Of a stretch of 63,873 nt of DNA, positions 29,397 through 39,125 are shown piece after piece. The stretch is from Candidatus Latescibacterota bacterium. Its GTDB lineage: Bacteria; Latescibacterota; UBA2968; GCA-2709665. The stretch spans positions 1-63,873 of the forward strand of contig CAXXJS010000034.1 in the NCBI GenBank assembly GCA_963662665.2, given 5' to 3'. The position numbers were made by a program, and so were the translations under genes. The notes below the pieces were generated by a model. That model was not told the origin of the DNA and searched no databases. It saw nothing but the letters and a program-made list of their open reading frames with translations. Positions within the stretch are counted from its first letter, which is position 1; the number at the start of each line of letters is the position of its first letter.

Positions 29397-30454
29397 GCCG
29401 ATACGTAGAGAAACAGTTTCTCGTATATCTGGCGCTGTGTTTTGCAGGGTTTCTGGCCGTTTTTGTCGTCGTGGACCTGGCCGGCCGACTCAGTGGCTTC
29501 ATAGACAGAGGTGCGAGTGGCGGCACCATTCTGTTGTATTACACGCTCTCCATTCCCTATATGGGAATCCTGATCTTGCCCATGGCGATGTTGTTGGCCA
29601 GTCTCTTCTGTTTCGGCAGTCTCGCACGCTTCGGTGAGCTTTCAGCAATGAAGTCCGCTGGAATCTCGCTGAACAGAATTGCGGCGCCGGTCCTGGCGGC
29701 CGCTCTGATGGTCTGTGCGGCATCGTTCTTCCTGACCGACCGGGTGATGCCGGGTGCAAACCGGAAACGTGCGGCTGTTGTCAGGGGAAAACGTCAAACC
29801 GCCATCGCACCGATGGTTTCCCAGGTCGTCCTGCAGGACGTACACGGGCAAATCCTCTCGGTGGGTACCTACTCTCGCATCGAAGAGCGTGGGACGCGGG
29901 TCACGCTGGACAAATATGACGGAATGCGTCTGGTCGAAAAATTGCGTGCCGAGGAGATGGAGTGGCAGAATGGGGTATGGACGTTTCGCAGGGGCGAAGT
30001 GCGGAGGTTTTCAATCGACGGCGAAGAACTCGTGACCCGGTTTGGGGCGATGCCTGCGCGCAGTATCACACTGAGGCCGGAAGACCTGGGACGGGAGGTC
30101 CGCTTAGCGGATGAGATGAGTTTTTCCGAACTCACCGCGCTAATTGTGCGGAAGCAGCGAATGGGGGATGACCCTGTTCGGGTACAGGTCGCGCGATATA
30201 TGCGCCTTTCGTTTCCGTTTACCGGATTCGTAATGGTGTTATTTGGTATTTCCCTTTCGTCCCGAACCCAACGGGCGGGGAAGCCACTTCTGGTAGGAAT
30301 CTGCCTCTTGATCTCGTTTGTGTATTATGGGTGCATTCAGGCGGGGCGGGTGATGGGATGGAACGGCATACTGCCACCCTTGTGGAGCGCATGGGCGGCC
30401 AATATCCTCTTCCTGTTTCTGGGCGCCGGCCTACTGGCCGGAACCCGGAGGTAG
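29384..30454 (+). CDS. lptG: LPS export permease LptG
   Basis: GTG 29384 after GGAGGAGG; MRILSRYV, LPMAMLLASL...GELSAMKSAGISL, LPPLWSAWAAN. Confidence 0.9.
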   Translation: MRILSRYVEKQFLVYLALCFAGFLAVFVVVDLAGRLSGFIDRGASGGTILLYYTLSIPYMGILILPMAMLLASLFCFGSLARFGELSAMKSAGISLNRIAAPVLAAALMVCAASFFLTDRVMPGANRKRAAVVRGKRQTAIAPMVSQVVLQDVHGQILSVGTYSRIEERGTRVTLDKYDGMRLVEKLRAEEMEWQNGVWTFRRGEVRRFSIDGEELVTRFGAMPARSITLRPEDLGREVRLADEMSFSELTALIVRKQRMGDDPVRVQVARYMRLSFPFTGFVMVLFGISLSSRTQRAGKPLLVGICLLISFVYYGCIQAGRVMGWNGILPPLWSAWAANILFLFLGAGLLAGTRR

Positions 30455-30536
30455 AGAATTAAGGCCACTGGGCTCACAAATACAAAAGGCGCACGGTGGA
30501 TGCGCCCAAATGAGAGATTTCTGTCCGGGAAAGCCA

Positions 30537-31511
30537 CTAAAAACGCGAAACGCGATTCTTCCTGCTTTTTTGATTGTGAATGAACTTGCGAGGATTTACC
30601 GAAAGTTCCTTCTCCCCGTTTTTTTTCGTAACTGCATAGTGCAGATGTGGCGCCGTCGCACGCCCCGACCTGCCCATTCTGCCGATCACCTGCCCGCGTT
30701 TGACAACTTGGCCCTCTCCAAGCGATGGTTTCTTCAATAAATGGGCGTACAGTGTCCGATAGTGCGGGGCGTGGTCGATGGATATAAACCACCCGAGGTG
30801 CCTGTCTCTGCCGACCGACTCCACCCGACCGTTGGCCGTGGCGAGAATCTTCGTGCCGGTCCGGCCGGCGATGTCTATGCCTTTATGAAACTGCCTTGCG
30901 CCGGAAAAAGGATTGGTTCGAAACCCGAAGCCGGATGAAATCCAGCAACCGGACTCTGTTGGTACCGGAAGTATGGATGGGGTATGAAGGCGGGCGATTT
31001 CGTTCTGGTTGAAGACGGACGAGATATGCTCGTAACTTGCCTCAAGAAAACGGGCCTCTCGTAAGAGCTGGTCCACGTCCGTATGTGCTCTGGTAAGCCG
31101 GTCGTCTATATCGGGGGTAACCCGACCCTTCCACTCGGGTTCACCTGTATAGATTCCACCCACGCCCGCTTTCCTAACGTCATCCCCGGGTTCAGCCAGA
31201 TTGACCCAGGTTCGGAACATGCGGTCCATTTCCGTAAGGCTGTTTACGTTTTCACGCAACCCTTCCACTTTTTGCTGCAGCTGGCCCACCTGGTGTTTAA
31301 GCTCGGAATTTTCAGACGTAAGTGCCAGTAGTTTCATCACCTGATTGCGGTTTACAAAATACCCCAATGCGTAAAAGACAACAGCGAGTGCAAGGCAACC
31401 GAACAGCAACGCGGCCCCAAGCCCCCAGACCGTGGGGCGTGAGGCCCTGACCTGGCGCATCTGATCTCTATTGTGGGGTATGACCATCAGCGTCAGGTTT
31501 CTCTTCCACAT
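30537..31511 (-). CDS. M23 family metallopeptidase with TM and coiled coil
   Basis: ISSGFGFR.NPF, HKGIDIA (HxxxD), YAHL, GRATAPHLHY (HxH). Confidence 0.93.
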   Translation of the reverse strand: MWKRNLTLMVIPHNRDQMRQVRASRPTVWGLGAALLFGCLALAVVFYALGYFVNRNQVMKLLALTSENSELKHQVGQLQQKVEGLRENVNSLTEMDRMFRTWVNLAEPGDDVRKAGVGGIYTGEPEWKGRVTPDIDDRLTRAHTDVDQLLREARFLEASYEHISSVFNQNEIARLHTPSILPVPTESGCWISSGFGFRTNPFSGARQFHKGIDIAGRTGTKILATANGRVESVGRDRHLGWFISIDHAPHYRTLYAHLLKKPSLGEGQVVKRGQVIGRMGRSGRATAPHLHYAVTKKNGEKELSVNPRKFIHNQKSRKNRVSRF

Positions 31512-31845
31512 GGAAGGTGCCTTTCGTCAGTGGTTCTTACGGCAAAAATGACTGTTACCGACATGCACTCGGACAGTTCCCAAATTAAGGTCTTTTTTGA
31601 GTTTATGTCAAGGCAAAACTCAACTGAACGGAACCATACGGGAAATCCGCACCCGTGACTTCATATGCCAATAGGGGATGTCGCGTTGCGGCCTGGAACG
31701 GCAAAATCCGGGTTGCATCATCGACATTTCGGATTTCTCTTTTGCCGGAAGCGAAACCCGGGTCGGCAACGTCACGCGCAAAATTCGAATCCGCCAATAA
31801 ACAGATCGGCCGGCAGTCGGGTGGAAGACACCGCATTGTCTTTCG

Positions 31846-33195
31846 CTACGCTGACTTGATGTGGTCGATTACCTCTGCCTTAAGCGCGTCTCTGAGATTG
31901 GGGTCGTCAATGCAGAAGACACGTACGACCTTGGCTTGCGTTTCGAAATTCCCTATCAGATACTCCTTGAGCATGGAGACTTCCGGGTCATCGAACCGGA
32001 GAGGGTCGGCCTTGTCGACCGGAATGTGGGAACCAAAGTAGACATTCAGATTGACGTCGGGGCTTTTCCCAAGGCGTGGAATATCGATGAGAATGTCGTC
32101 GCAGTTAAGTTCAAGCCCGGTCTTTGCGCTGAATGTCTCGCACAATTCGACTTCGAGTTTCCGCCGTTCGGCCGGATGGTAATACAGCTTTTCAAGTCTG
32201 GCAGTCAGGCCCGTTTCCCGTTCGTGCGGAAAGAAGATCCGCGCGACCTTGTGGAGTTTACGGCGTTTCAGGCGCCCTATCATACTGTTTCGTCGATCGA
32301 TACCCAACCGGTCCATTTCCAGCTCCAGGCGATGGATCAGGTCGGCTTCCGTCGCTCGATTGAAGTCGTCTTCACCCAGACTGGAAGCGGGGTGGTGCAG
32401 CAGATCCTGGACGCCACGTTTGAACATTGCGTTGGCCGCCCTGACGGCGTGGTGCCAATAGACGTTGCGATACATCAGGTAACTGGTGAAAATGAGGGCT
32501 TCCACCGCCGAGACCCCCTTGTATGTGATTGCCGGCCGCTGTCCGTCGCGATCGCAAGTGATCGAGCCCAGAAGGCGGTCGCGGTTCACAGATTCGCCAA
32601 AGGGCACGCCGCAATAGCGCGCGTCTCTCAGAAGGTAGTCGATTTTGTCCGGGTCGAGTGTGCCGCTCAGGATGTGCGCCAGGCGCAGGTCTCTGTCCGG
32701 GATGGCCACGTTCCTGTTGCGATAGTCGATCACGTTGGCTACCCGAAGAGGGTCCGTCTCCGACCGCGCAAGGGCGCTGTTTACCTCGGTAGCGGGGTCC
32801 AGAATGATCTGGCGGCCCCGTTCTTCGTGGTCGGCGAAAAACATCTGCATTTCTTCGAGGACATGGCAGAACGGGTAATGGCCGACGTCGTGTAGCAGGC
32901 TGGCTGCCAGCAGGACTCGGGCGTCTTCGATCGTGATGTCCAGCGGCGGGTCGGCCTGAACCAGCTGGCGAAGAAACTGCCCGGCAATATGAAAGACGCC
33001 CAAAGAGTGTTCAAAACGGGAATGGCGCGCGCCGGGGTACACCAGAAGGACGTGGCCTAGCTGGGAGATGTCGCGCAGGCGTTGGAATTCCTCCGCGTCA
33101 ACCAGCGGAACCAGAAATCGGGGGACGTGGATATGCCCCCAAATGGGATCCCGGATGACCTTGCCCGTTTCCAGAAACCGCAGGTCGATACGCAT
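31846..33195 (-). CDS. HD-domain phosphohydrolase (SAMHD1/dNTP triphosphohydrolase-like)
   Basis: IRDPIWGHI, FQRLRDISQLG, YPGARHSRFEHSLG, LLHDVGH, DPDKIDYLLRD, MYRNVYWHH. Start MRIDLR at 33195. Confidence 0.9.
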   Translation of the reverse strand: MRIDLRFLETGKVIRDPIWGHIHVPRFLVPLVDAEEFQRLRDISQLGHVLLVYPGARHSRFEHSLGVFHIAGQFLRQLVQADPPLDITIEDARVLLAASLLHDVGHYPFCHVLEEMQMFFADHEERGRQIILDPATEVNSALARSETDPLRVANVIDYRNRNVAIPDRDLRLAHILSGTLDPDKIDYLLRDARYCGVPFGESVNRDRLLGSITCDRDGQRPAITYKGVSAVEALIFTSYLMYRNVYWHHAVRAANAMFKRGVQDLLHHPASSLGEDDFNRATEADLIHRLELEMDRLGIDRRNSMIGRLKRRKLHKVARIFFPHERETGLTARLEKLYYHPAERRKLEVELCETFSAKTGLELNCDDILIDIPRLGKSPDVNLNVYFGSHIPVDKADPLRFDDPEVSMLKEYLIGNFETQAKVVRVFCIDDPNLRDALKAEVIDHIKSA

Positions 33196-33337
33196 AAAAA
33201 AAAACCCGTTGGGAGGCCGATCGGTGGAAGGGGGATCGTCTTTTGCGATGTATGCGGGAGCGTTTCCGCTTGCAGGGTTGCGGCCGTCCCTGCGGCGCAC
33301 GAAAGCCCGGCGGTCCGTGGAACGACGAATTGATCCT

Positions 33338-33973
33338 TTACCGTTGCCGGGTCGCCGCGGGCGGCCGCAGGGTCAAGGCATCCATAAAGATCTGCACCAG
33401 GTTGTCGACCATTTTACGATCTTCCGCCCTGTCGACGTTCTCGTGGCTCGCGATAAACCTGTTAATACAATGGTGGAGCAGAGCCCAGAAAAATGACCGC
33501 AGTGTCAGTTGTGCGTCCACTTTTCTGAAACGACCGCAGGAGATGCCTTCTTCAATCGTCCGCCGGATCGCTCTCATGCTTGGAGATGTGTAAATGGCGA
33601 AGAACTTCTCACGAAATTTGTGGTCTTCCAGCGCGCTGTACATCATCAGGCGGATAAACGTGGGATCACGCCGGTTCCGCTGAATGTAGGAACAGGCGAA
33701 ATGGCGTAGCATGGTTTCGAGATCGTCTGAATCGCCAGGGCTGTCTTCCTGTTCCCATAAGTGCCGCCATCTTGCGACCGAATTGTTGATTATGGCGTCA
33801 TAGAGGTCTTCCTTCGTGGCGAAGTGCCGGAATATAATCGCTTCCGAGACACCGGCGGCGCGGGCAATTGCCCGTGTCGTGGCGCCCTTGAAACCCATGG
33901 ATGCAAAATGGGAAATTGCGACGTCGATAATCTGGTGGCGTCTTTCTTGCTGAGACAGTCGTTTTTTGGGCAT
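33338..33973 (-). CDS. TetR/AcrR family transcriptional regulator
   Basis: RRHQIIDVA...GFKGATTRAIARAAGVSEAIIFRHFATKEDLY. Confidence 0.95.
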   Translation of the reverse strand: MPKKRLSQQERRHQIIDVAISHFASMGFKGATTRAIARAAGVSEAIIFRHFATKEDLYDAIINNSVARWRHLWEQEDSPGDSDDLETMLRHFACSYIQRNRRDPTFIRLMMYSALEDHKFREKFFAIYTSPSMRAIRRTIEEGISCGRFRKVDAQLTLRSFFWALLHHCINRFIASHENVDRAEDRKMVDNLVQIFMDALTLRPPAATRQR

Positions 33974-34205
33974 GGATGAATGAAGCGTTCCGGGATATGT
34001 TATTGGTATTTAATCCGGTGCCGTTATCGAAACCTGCCGAAAAATACCGGCACAATGACGGGAGTAGCACGTTTTATTCTTGTTAGGATTTTCCGAAATA
34101 TCGGTATCATGGGTTCGGATGTCAAGGCTCATGCAGGGAACGGTTTTTTACCTGACATGGGCTTCCGAATCGTAAGACGGTACGAGCCGAACGACACGAG
34201 CCGGA

Positions 34206-35042
34206 GTGAACGCGTCCTTTGCAGTCCGGATGGACTTTTTCAACGGGCTGTCAGGTTGTTGCAACCCGCGCGCAACGCAGATCCCGAATCTTCCGGATGT
34301 CTGCCGCGTAACCGGGAGGCTGCCAATGTGCTGTTTGAAGGCCTGGTGGAAGAGCCCGGCACGGAGGACACGTGTTGCGGTGATCGCTGAAATGTCAGGT
34401 GTGCTCGACGGAACGTTCGGCGGCGCAGCCTGGGACCGTAAACGTGTTCGGCCTGATGGTCTCGATGCACTGATGCGGACCATCCTGTCCCAGAATACGA
34501 ATGACGAAAACAGAGACAGGGCTTACGACAGGATGCGCGCCCGGTTTCCTGATTGGAACGACGTGATGGCCGCAGACGCGGCGCAGCTGAAGGAAGCTAT
34601 CCGGGTGGCAGGGCTGGCGAATACGAAAGCCCCGAATATGCAGGCGTTCCTACGTTGGCTGAAGCGCGATCGGGGTAACTTGAACCTGGATTTCCTGCGT
34701 TGTCTGTCGAATCAGACCGCGATTGCCCGGTTGATACAGCATCGTGGTATCGGAATAAAAACCGCTTATATCGTGCTGGCCTTTGCTTATGATCGCGATC
34801 TTTGCGCGGTGGATACGCATGTGTATCGCATCCTGCGTCGGGTGGGCATTGTTTCATCGCGATGCGGCCGGGAGAAAGCACACCTGGAACTCGCGCCACT
34901 GATTCCAGAGGGACAGGCCAGGATCTTTCATATGAATATGGTTGATTTTGGCAAGACCGTGTGCACGGCCAGGAATCCGTCGTGTGGCGTTTGTCCGATT
35001 TCCCATCTGTGCAGATTCTATAGCGAAACACACAGCGTGTGA
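34206..35042 (+). CDS. nth: Endonuclease III / HhH-GPD DNA glycosylase (true start probably further downstream)
   Basis: TILSQNTND, GIGIKTA, AVDTHVYRI, 4Fe-4S motif CTARNPSCGVCPISHLC. Confidence 0.85.
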   Translation: MNASFAVRMDFFNGLSGCCNPRATQIPNLPDVCRVTGRLPMCCLKAWWKSPARRTRVAVIAEMSGVLDGTFGGAAWDRKRVRPDGLDALMRTILSQNTNDENRDRAYDRMRARFPDWNDVMAADAAQLKEAIRVAGLANTKAPNMQAFLRWLKRDRGNLNLDFLRCLSNQTAIARLIQHRGIGIKTAYIVLAFAYDRDLCAVDTHVYRILRRVGIVSSRCGREKAHLELAPLIPEGQARIFHMNMVDFGKTVCTARNPSCGVCPISHLCRFYSETHSV

Positions 35043-35114
35043 GTCTCAAATTGGAACCGGCCCGGATGTTGCGTCGGGCATCCGGTTTCTCGGGATGGGG
35101 CCGGCAGGTTCGTT

Positions 35115-36191
35115 TCAGTCGATTCTGATTCGCTGAAGATCGTACGAATTGACATTGTAGGGTTCGAAGGTATCCTCGTCGCCGGGCGTATACACGGCGA
35201 CATAGAGGAATTGATCGTTTTTGTCAATTGCGATGCCGCGTTCCTTAAGATTTCCTGCCGCAAGGAAATAGTTTTTCTCCAACTTGGTCCGGGTATCGAA
35301 TTCAACGATGAAGACACCCGCTTCATCAGCGTCTGTTGGCGCAACGAACAAACGACGGCCGTCCCGGCTCAGCGCAAGCCCCAGAGCGGGAGATTTGATT
35401 TCGTATTTCCCCGTAAGCGTCAAATCGTTGGCACTGAATGCCCAGAGATCCTTTACCTGGCCACGGTCCTCAGGATTCGCCAGGCCCAAATAGAGGCGGT
35501 CGTTGAGAGGGCCCAATACAAAATCGTTGATCCTTGCTGAGAAACTGAATCGGGTGGAAGTGGTTTCAGTCGTTGGGAATTGATCTGAGGCGTCGTATTT
35601 CAGGACGTTGTTCCTGCCGGCAACAAAGAGCTTACGCTCGCCCTGATTCATCACAAGTGCACCAGATCGCACATTACCGCTGGTTTCGAAGTTGTCCGCA
35701 ATCGATACGGCAATCAGCAGCGGTTCGTCCAGCGAGGATACGTAGACAATTGAGTCGGTTCCACAGGCGATGTGGGATATATCGTTCAGCGAGAACGGAA
35801 CCGTCTTCACGATCTCGAACGTACCCAGATCGATTACCTTCAGGTTCGATTCACCGTTCAAACCCACCACGAGGTGGCGTTCGTCCGGCGTGATGTCGAG
35901 GTCGATGGGGTGGGAACCCACATGAAGGTTCCCTTCGACGACCATCGGCCTGCCCAGGTGGATGCGGAGAATGCGGTTGTTCCCGTAGTCGGCGAGGTAA
36001 AGAAACGGCTGGTGCGGATCCATTACCATATCCGAGATATTTACGCCGAGTTTCAGGACTTCAAAATCCTCGATCTTGTAAAATTGATCCGGCTCTTCGT
36101 CGTCCAGATACAGCGAGCAGCCCGCCGCACAAAGCAACACGCAAAGGGTAAAAACGACAAACCGGCCGCGGTTTATTCCTGCATTGTTCAT
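35115..36191 (-). CDS. YncE/YVTN-like beta-propeller lipoprotein
   Basis: Lipobox LCAAG-C; repeats LYLAD, VGSHPIDLDITPD, LGLALSRDGRRLFV, GIAIDKNDQFLYV; 10 bp downstream of the barrel gene. Confidence 0.8.
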   Translation of the reverse strand: MNNAGINRGRFVVFTLCVLLCAAGCSLYLDDEEPDQFYKIEDFEVLKLGVNISDMVMDPHQPFLYLADYGNNRILRIHLGRPMVVEGNLHVGSHPIDLDITPDERHLVVGLNGESNLKVIDLGTFEIVKTVPFSLNDISHIACGTDSIVYVSSLDEPLLIAVSIADNFETSGNVRSGALVMNQGERKLFVAGRNNVLKYDASDQFPTTETTSTRFSFSARINDFVLGPLNDRLYLGLANPEDRGQVKDLWAFSANDLTLTGKYEIKSPALGLALSRDGRRLFVAPTDADEAGVFIVEFDTRTKLEKNYFLAAGNLKERGIAIDKNDQFLYVAVYTPGDEDTFEPYNVNSYDLQRIRID

Positions 36192-36201
36192 GCCGGATCG
36201 C

Positions 36202-37173
36202 CTAGAGCGGGAAGACGTACGACGTGCTCAGCTCAATCAGATAATCCGATGTCAGCTGGCTCTCGTTCACGTTTTGAAGAATGACAATGGGCACACGGAA
36301 TTCAACGCTGAGATTTTCCAGGATGTTGACCCCCAATTCAGGAGAGAGATACAGCCATTTCCCGCCCCGTTCTCTTGTAATTTGACCGAACTGGTATCGG
36401 TCCCGTGATGTAATCAGGTTCTTCAGACTCAGCCCGCCGTGGAACGAGCTCTCCCCGGTATACTCTATAGAGAGGGTGGCGTGCAGTTCGTTTCCGTATT
36501 TGTAGCCGTAGATGTTCTGCCGCGAGGTAATGCGGGTGAAGACACCGCCTGAGACCGTAAGGCTTTCAATTCGATGGAACATACCGATTGCGAGAATCGG
36601 GTCGACGCTTCCCGACCCGATCTGCAGATTGTCTGAGAAACGCTCGCCGTATTGATCTTTGGAATTTACAGATCCGTTTGCCAGTTTCAATCCGATGCCG
36701 AGATTGAGGCCGGAAAAGCCCGCTCCAAGCGGTACCCCGTAATTCAACACTGCCACGATGTCGCCCAGGCCGGAGGACTGTCGAACATACTTCCCACCCT
36801 CATACTGGTTGTCGTTCTGTCCGCGCAACAGTACCTTTTCGTTGGTTACTGAACGGAAGGGCAGGGCGAGGGTCAGGCTGAAGCGTTCGGTAATGCCGTG
36901 CGAGGCGATAACGGTGGTTGTGGCATTATCCGTCCGCTCTCGATTGACGTTTGGTATGGCGCGGGAACCATAGTGGGGATCAGACAGGAATTCGTAGTCG
37001 TAGTGTACGCTGAGCCTCAGTTGATCCTTAACGGCCAGGCTATTCTTCATCAGACTCCCGCCCGGGAGCACGGGGCGCCGTCAGCTGACGCCGCCTTGTG
37101 ACCCGGCGTCGGGCGCCGTGACGACTTGCACCAGAAGGAACAGGAAAAGACACCGTGCTGAGTACGGTCGCAT
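36202..37173 (-). CDS. Outer-membrane beta-barrel 'transporter' (COG4313/phenol-MetA-like) with in-frame TGA at codon 31; candidate selenoprotein
   Basis: AAAGGAA RBS and ATG 37173 give MRPYSARCLFLFLLVQVVTAPDAGSQGGVS-TGA-RRPVLPGGSLMKN, in frame with the 289-aa track ORF. Family-like motifs SGLGDI, LQIGSGSVDP, YKYGNE; C-terminal beta strand STSYVF. Confidence 0.75.
37054..37069 (-). promoter_or_regulatory. Candidate bacterial SECIS hairpin
   Basis: GCUCCC-GGGC-GGGAGU begins 11 nt after the UGA; the apical loop starts with G, 17 nt from the UGA. Confidence 0.55.
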
Positions 37174-37342
37174 GAGGGATTTCCTTTATCCACAATAGTT
37201 GGTCGTGAGGCTGGAGTTAGCGATTTCAGCGTTGAAATATACCTCACATGCGTCCGGATAGCAAGACGGTTTTTGTTTCGAGAGACTACATAGAGCCCAA
37301 ATTTACAGATCTTTACATAACCCGCTGTCGAGCCGTTTTTGC

Positions 37343-37371
37343 TTGACACCACGGGGAGATTGGGCTATCTT
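37343..37371 (+). promoter_or_regulatory. sigma70 promoter of tRNA pair
   Basis: TTGACA, 17 nt spacer, TATCTT; 45 nt before tRNA-Arg. Confidence 0.7.
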
Positions 37372-37415
37372 TTACGTTCGGATTCCAGTAGAAAGCTTCG
37401 TGCGCCGGACTTGAG

Positions 37416-37489
37416 GCTCCCGTAGCTCAGGTGGATAGAGCAACTGCCTTCTAAGCAGTAGGTCGCAGGTTCGAGTCCTGCCGGGAGTG
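37416..37489 (+). tRNA. tRNA-Arg(TCT), CCA not encoded
   Basis: Cloverleaf GCTCCCG/CGGGAGT, anticodon arm ACTGC-CTTCTAA-GCAGT, T-arm GCAGG-TTCGAGT-CCTGC. Confidence 0.96.
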
Positions 37490-37505
37490 TATTACGGCAG
37501 CTTGT

Positions 37506-37583
37506 GGTGGGTGTAGCTCAGATGGTTAGAGCGCCTGGTTGTGGCCCAGGAGGTCGGGGGTTCAAGTCCCCTCACTCACCCCA
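37506..37583 (+). tRNA. tRNA-His(GTG) with G-1 and encoded CCA
   Basis: G-GTGGGTG/CACTCAC-C-CCA, anticodon loop TTGTGGC, TTCAAGT T-loop. Confidence 0.96.
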
Positions 37584-37658
37584 TTTTTCTTCCTTTGTCT
37601 CTCGCCTTTGGCGCCAGATGGAATATGGGCCAAGGGTTTTTTCACGTCCGAATTTTCC

Positions 37659-39020
37659 ATGATCGCAGTTGATTTCCCTCGAAACAGGACGTTACGGGCC
37701 ATCGTTATCGGCCTGGATGGAACCCCCTGCAGTCTGATTGATCGGTTCGTCTCCGAGGGCCGTATGCCCAATTTCGCCGCCCTGATGCGCAGCGGGAGCC
37801 TGGGACGAATGGATTCTGTCCTGCCTACCGTATCGTCGGTGGCCTGGGCGTCGCTGGTAACCGGGTGCAATCCCGGCAGGCACAATATCTATGGTTTCAT
37901 CGATCGCGTGCCGAAGACCCATGAAATGTACATCCCCACGTCCAGAACCATGCGCGCCAGAACCTGGACGGATATTTTCAGCGGGATGGGTAGACGTGTC
38001 TTTTCCATGGGCGTCCCGACTACCTATCCGCCCAGAGCGGTTAACGGCATTCTGATTTCCGGGTTTCTTGCGCCGGATCTGAACAGGGGAACCTATCCCG
38101 CCGCAGTGGCGCGTCAACTGTCTTCAATGGGGTATCGGATTGACATCGACGCCTGGCAGGCCCGCAGGGACAGGGAGCGATTTCTGGACGACGTCTTCCA
38201 GGCCATGGAACGGCGGTTCGACGTGATGTTTCATTATCTGGATCAGGAACCGTGGGACCTCTTTGTCGCCCACGTTATCGACACGGACAGATTACACCAT
38301 TTCTTGTGGGGTCTCGCTGAAGACGGCAACGACGCGTATCTGCCCTGGTTCCACCGGTTTTATGAACGGGTGGACCGAGCCATCGGAGACCTGGCCGACC
38401 GGCTTCATGACGATGTCCTGCTTATGGTTATATCCGACCATGGTTTCTGTAAGTTGAAGTACGAAGTACACTTGAATTACTGGTTGCGTCAGGCTGGTTA
38501 TTTGCGCTTTTCGGGCAGAACGGCCAGGGGGCTGCGCGACCTGGCGCCGGACACGCGGTGTTATTCGCTCTTACCCGGGCGTATTTATCTTGGCGTGCGA
38601 GGTCGTGAGCGTGGGGGTTGTGTGGAGCCGGGGGCTGAATACGAGACGCTGAGACGGGACGTCGCCGACGGTCTGATGGAAATCCGGAATCCGGCAACGG
38701 GTGAACCGGTTATTCACAGGATCTTCAGGCGTGAGGAACTCTATGCCGGCGATGCCTTTGAGCAGGCGCCGGATCTCGTGGCCATGCCGGCGGAAGGATA
38801 CGATTTGAAGGGGGTCTTTGATACGGAGGAACTGATGGAACGCGGTCCCCTTAATGGCGCTCATACGTTCTCAGACGCAATGTTTTTCATCAATCGCAAG
38901 GCGGATTTGTCAAAAAGGATTCGACTGATCGACGTGTTTCCAACGCTCTTCAACGCCGTCGGTCTGGATGTTCCCGACGGTGTCGACGGGCGGTCTGTCA
39001 TTGCCGGCCCGGTCGACTGA
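37659..39020 (+). CDS. Alkaline phosphatase superfamily (nucleotide pyrophosphatase/phosphodiesterase-like) protein
   Basis: IVIGLDG, MPNF, PTVSSVAWASLVTGCNPGRHNIYGF, TDRLHH, VISDHGF, GAH. Start 37659; the track start lies inside tRNA-His. Confidence 0.9.
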   Translation: MIAVDFPRNRTLRAIVIGLDGTPCSLIDRFVSEGRMPNFAALMRSGSLGRMDSVLPTVSSVAWASLVTGCNPGRHNIYGFIDRVPKTHEMYIPTSRTMRARTWTDIFSGMGRRVFSMGVPTTYPPRAVNGILISGFLAPDLNRGTYPAAVARQLSSMGYRIDIDAWQARRDRERFLDDVFQAMERRFDVMFHYLDQEPWDLFVAHVIDTDRLHHFLWGLAEDGNDAYLPWFHRFYERVDRAIGDLADRLHDDVLLMVISDHGFCKLKYEVHLNYWLRQAGYLRFSGRTARGLRDLAPDTRCYSLLPGRIYLGVRGRERGGCVEPGAEYETLRRDVADGLMEIRNPATGEPVIHRIFRREELYAGDAFEQAPDLVAMPAEGYDLKGVFDTEELMERGPLNGAHTFSDAMFFINRKADLSKRIRLIDVFPTLFNAVGLDVPDGVDGRSVIAGPVD

Positions 39021-39125
39021 GGCGCGAGAGCCAACAACAGCGGCGCACTTTGAATTGACGGAACCGTGAAAGCGGCGCGAAGCAACTGGTCCTGTCCGCG
39101 CCGGCGATTTTCTTTGGGAGGAGTT

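Noticed and set aside
37078-37089. Perfect palindrome CGTCAGCTGACG spanning the in-frame TGA as a separate regulatory site
   Set aside because: It has no loop, so it would make a poor hairpin, and there is no independent support. Noted only because it could compete with SECIS folding.
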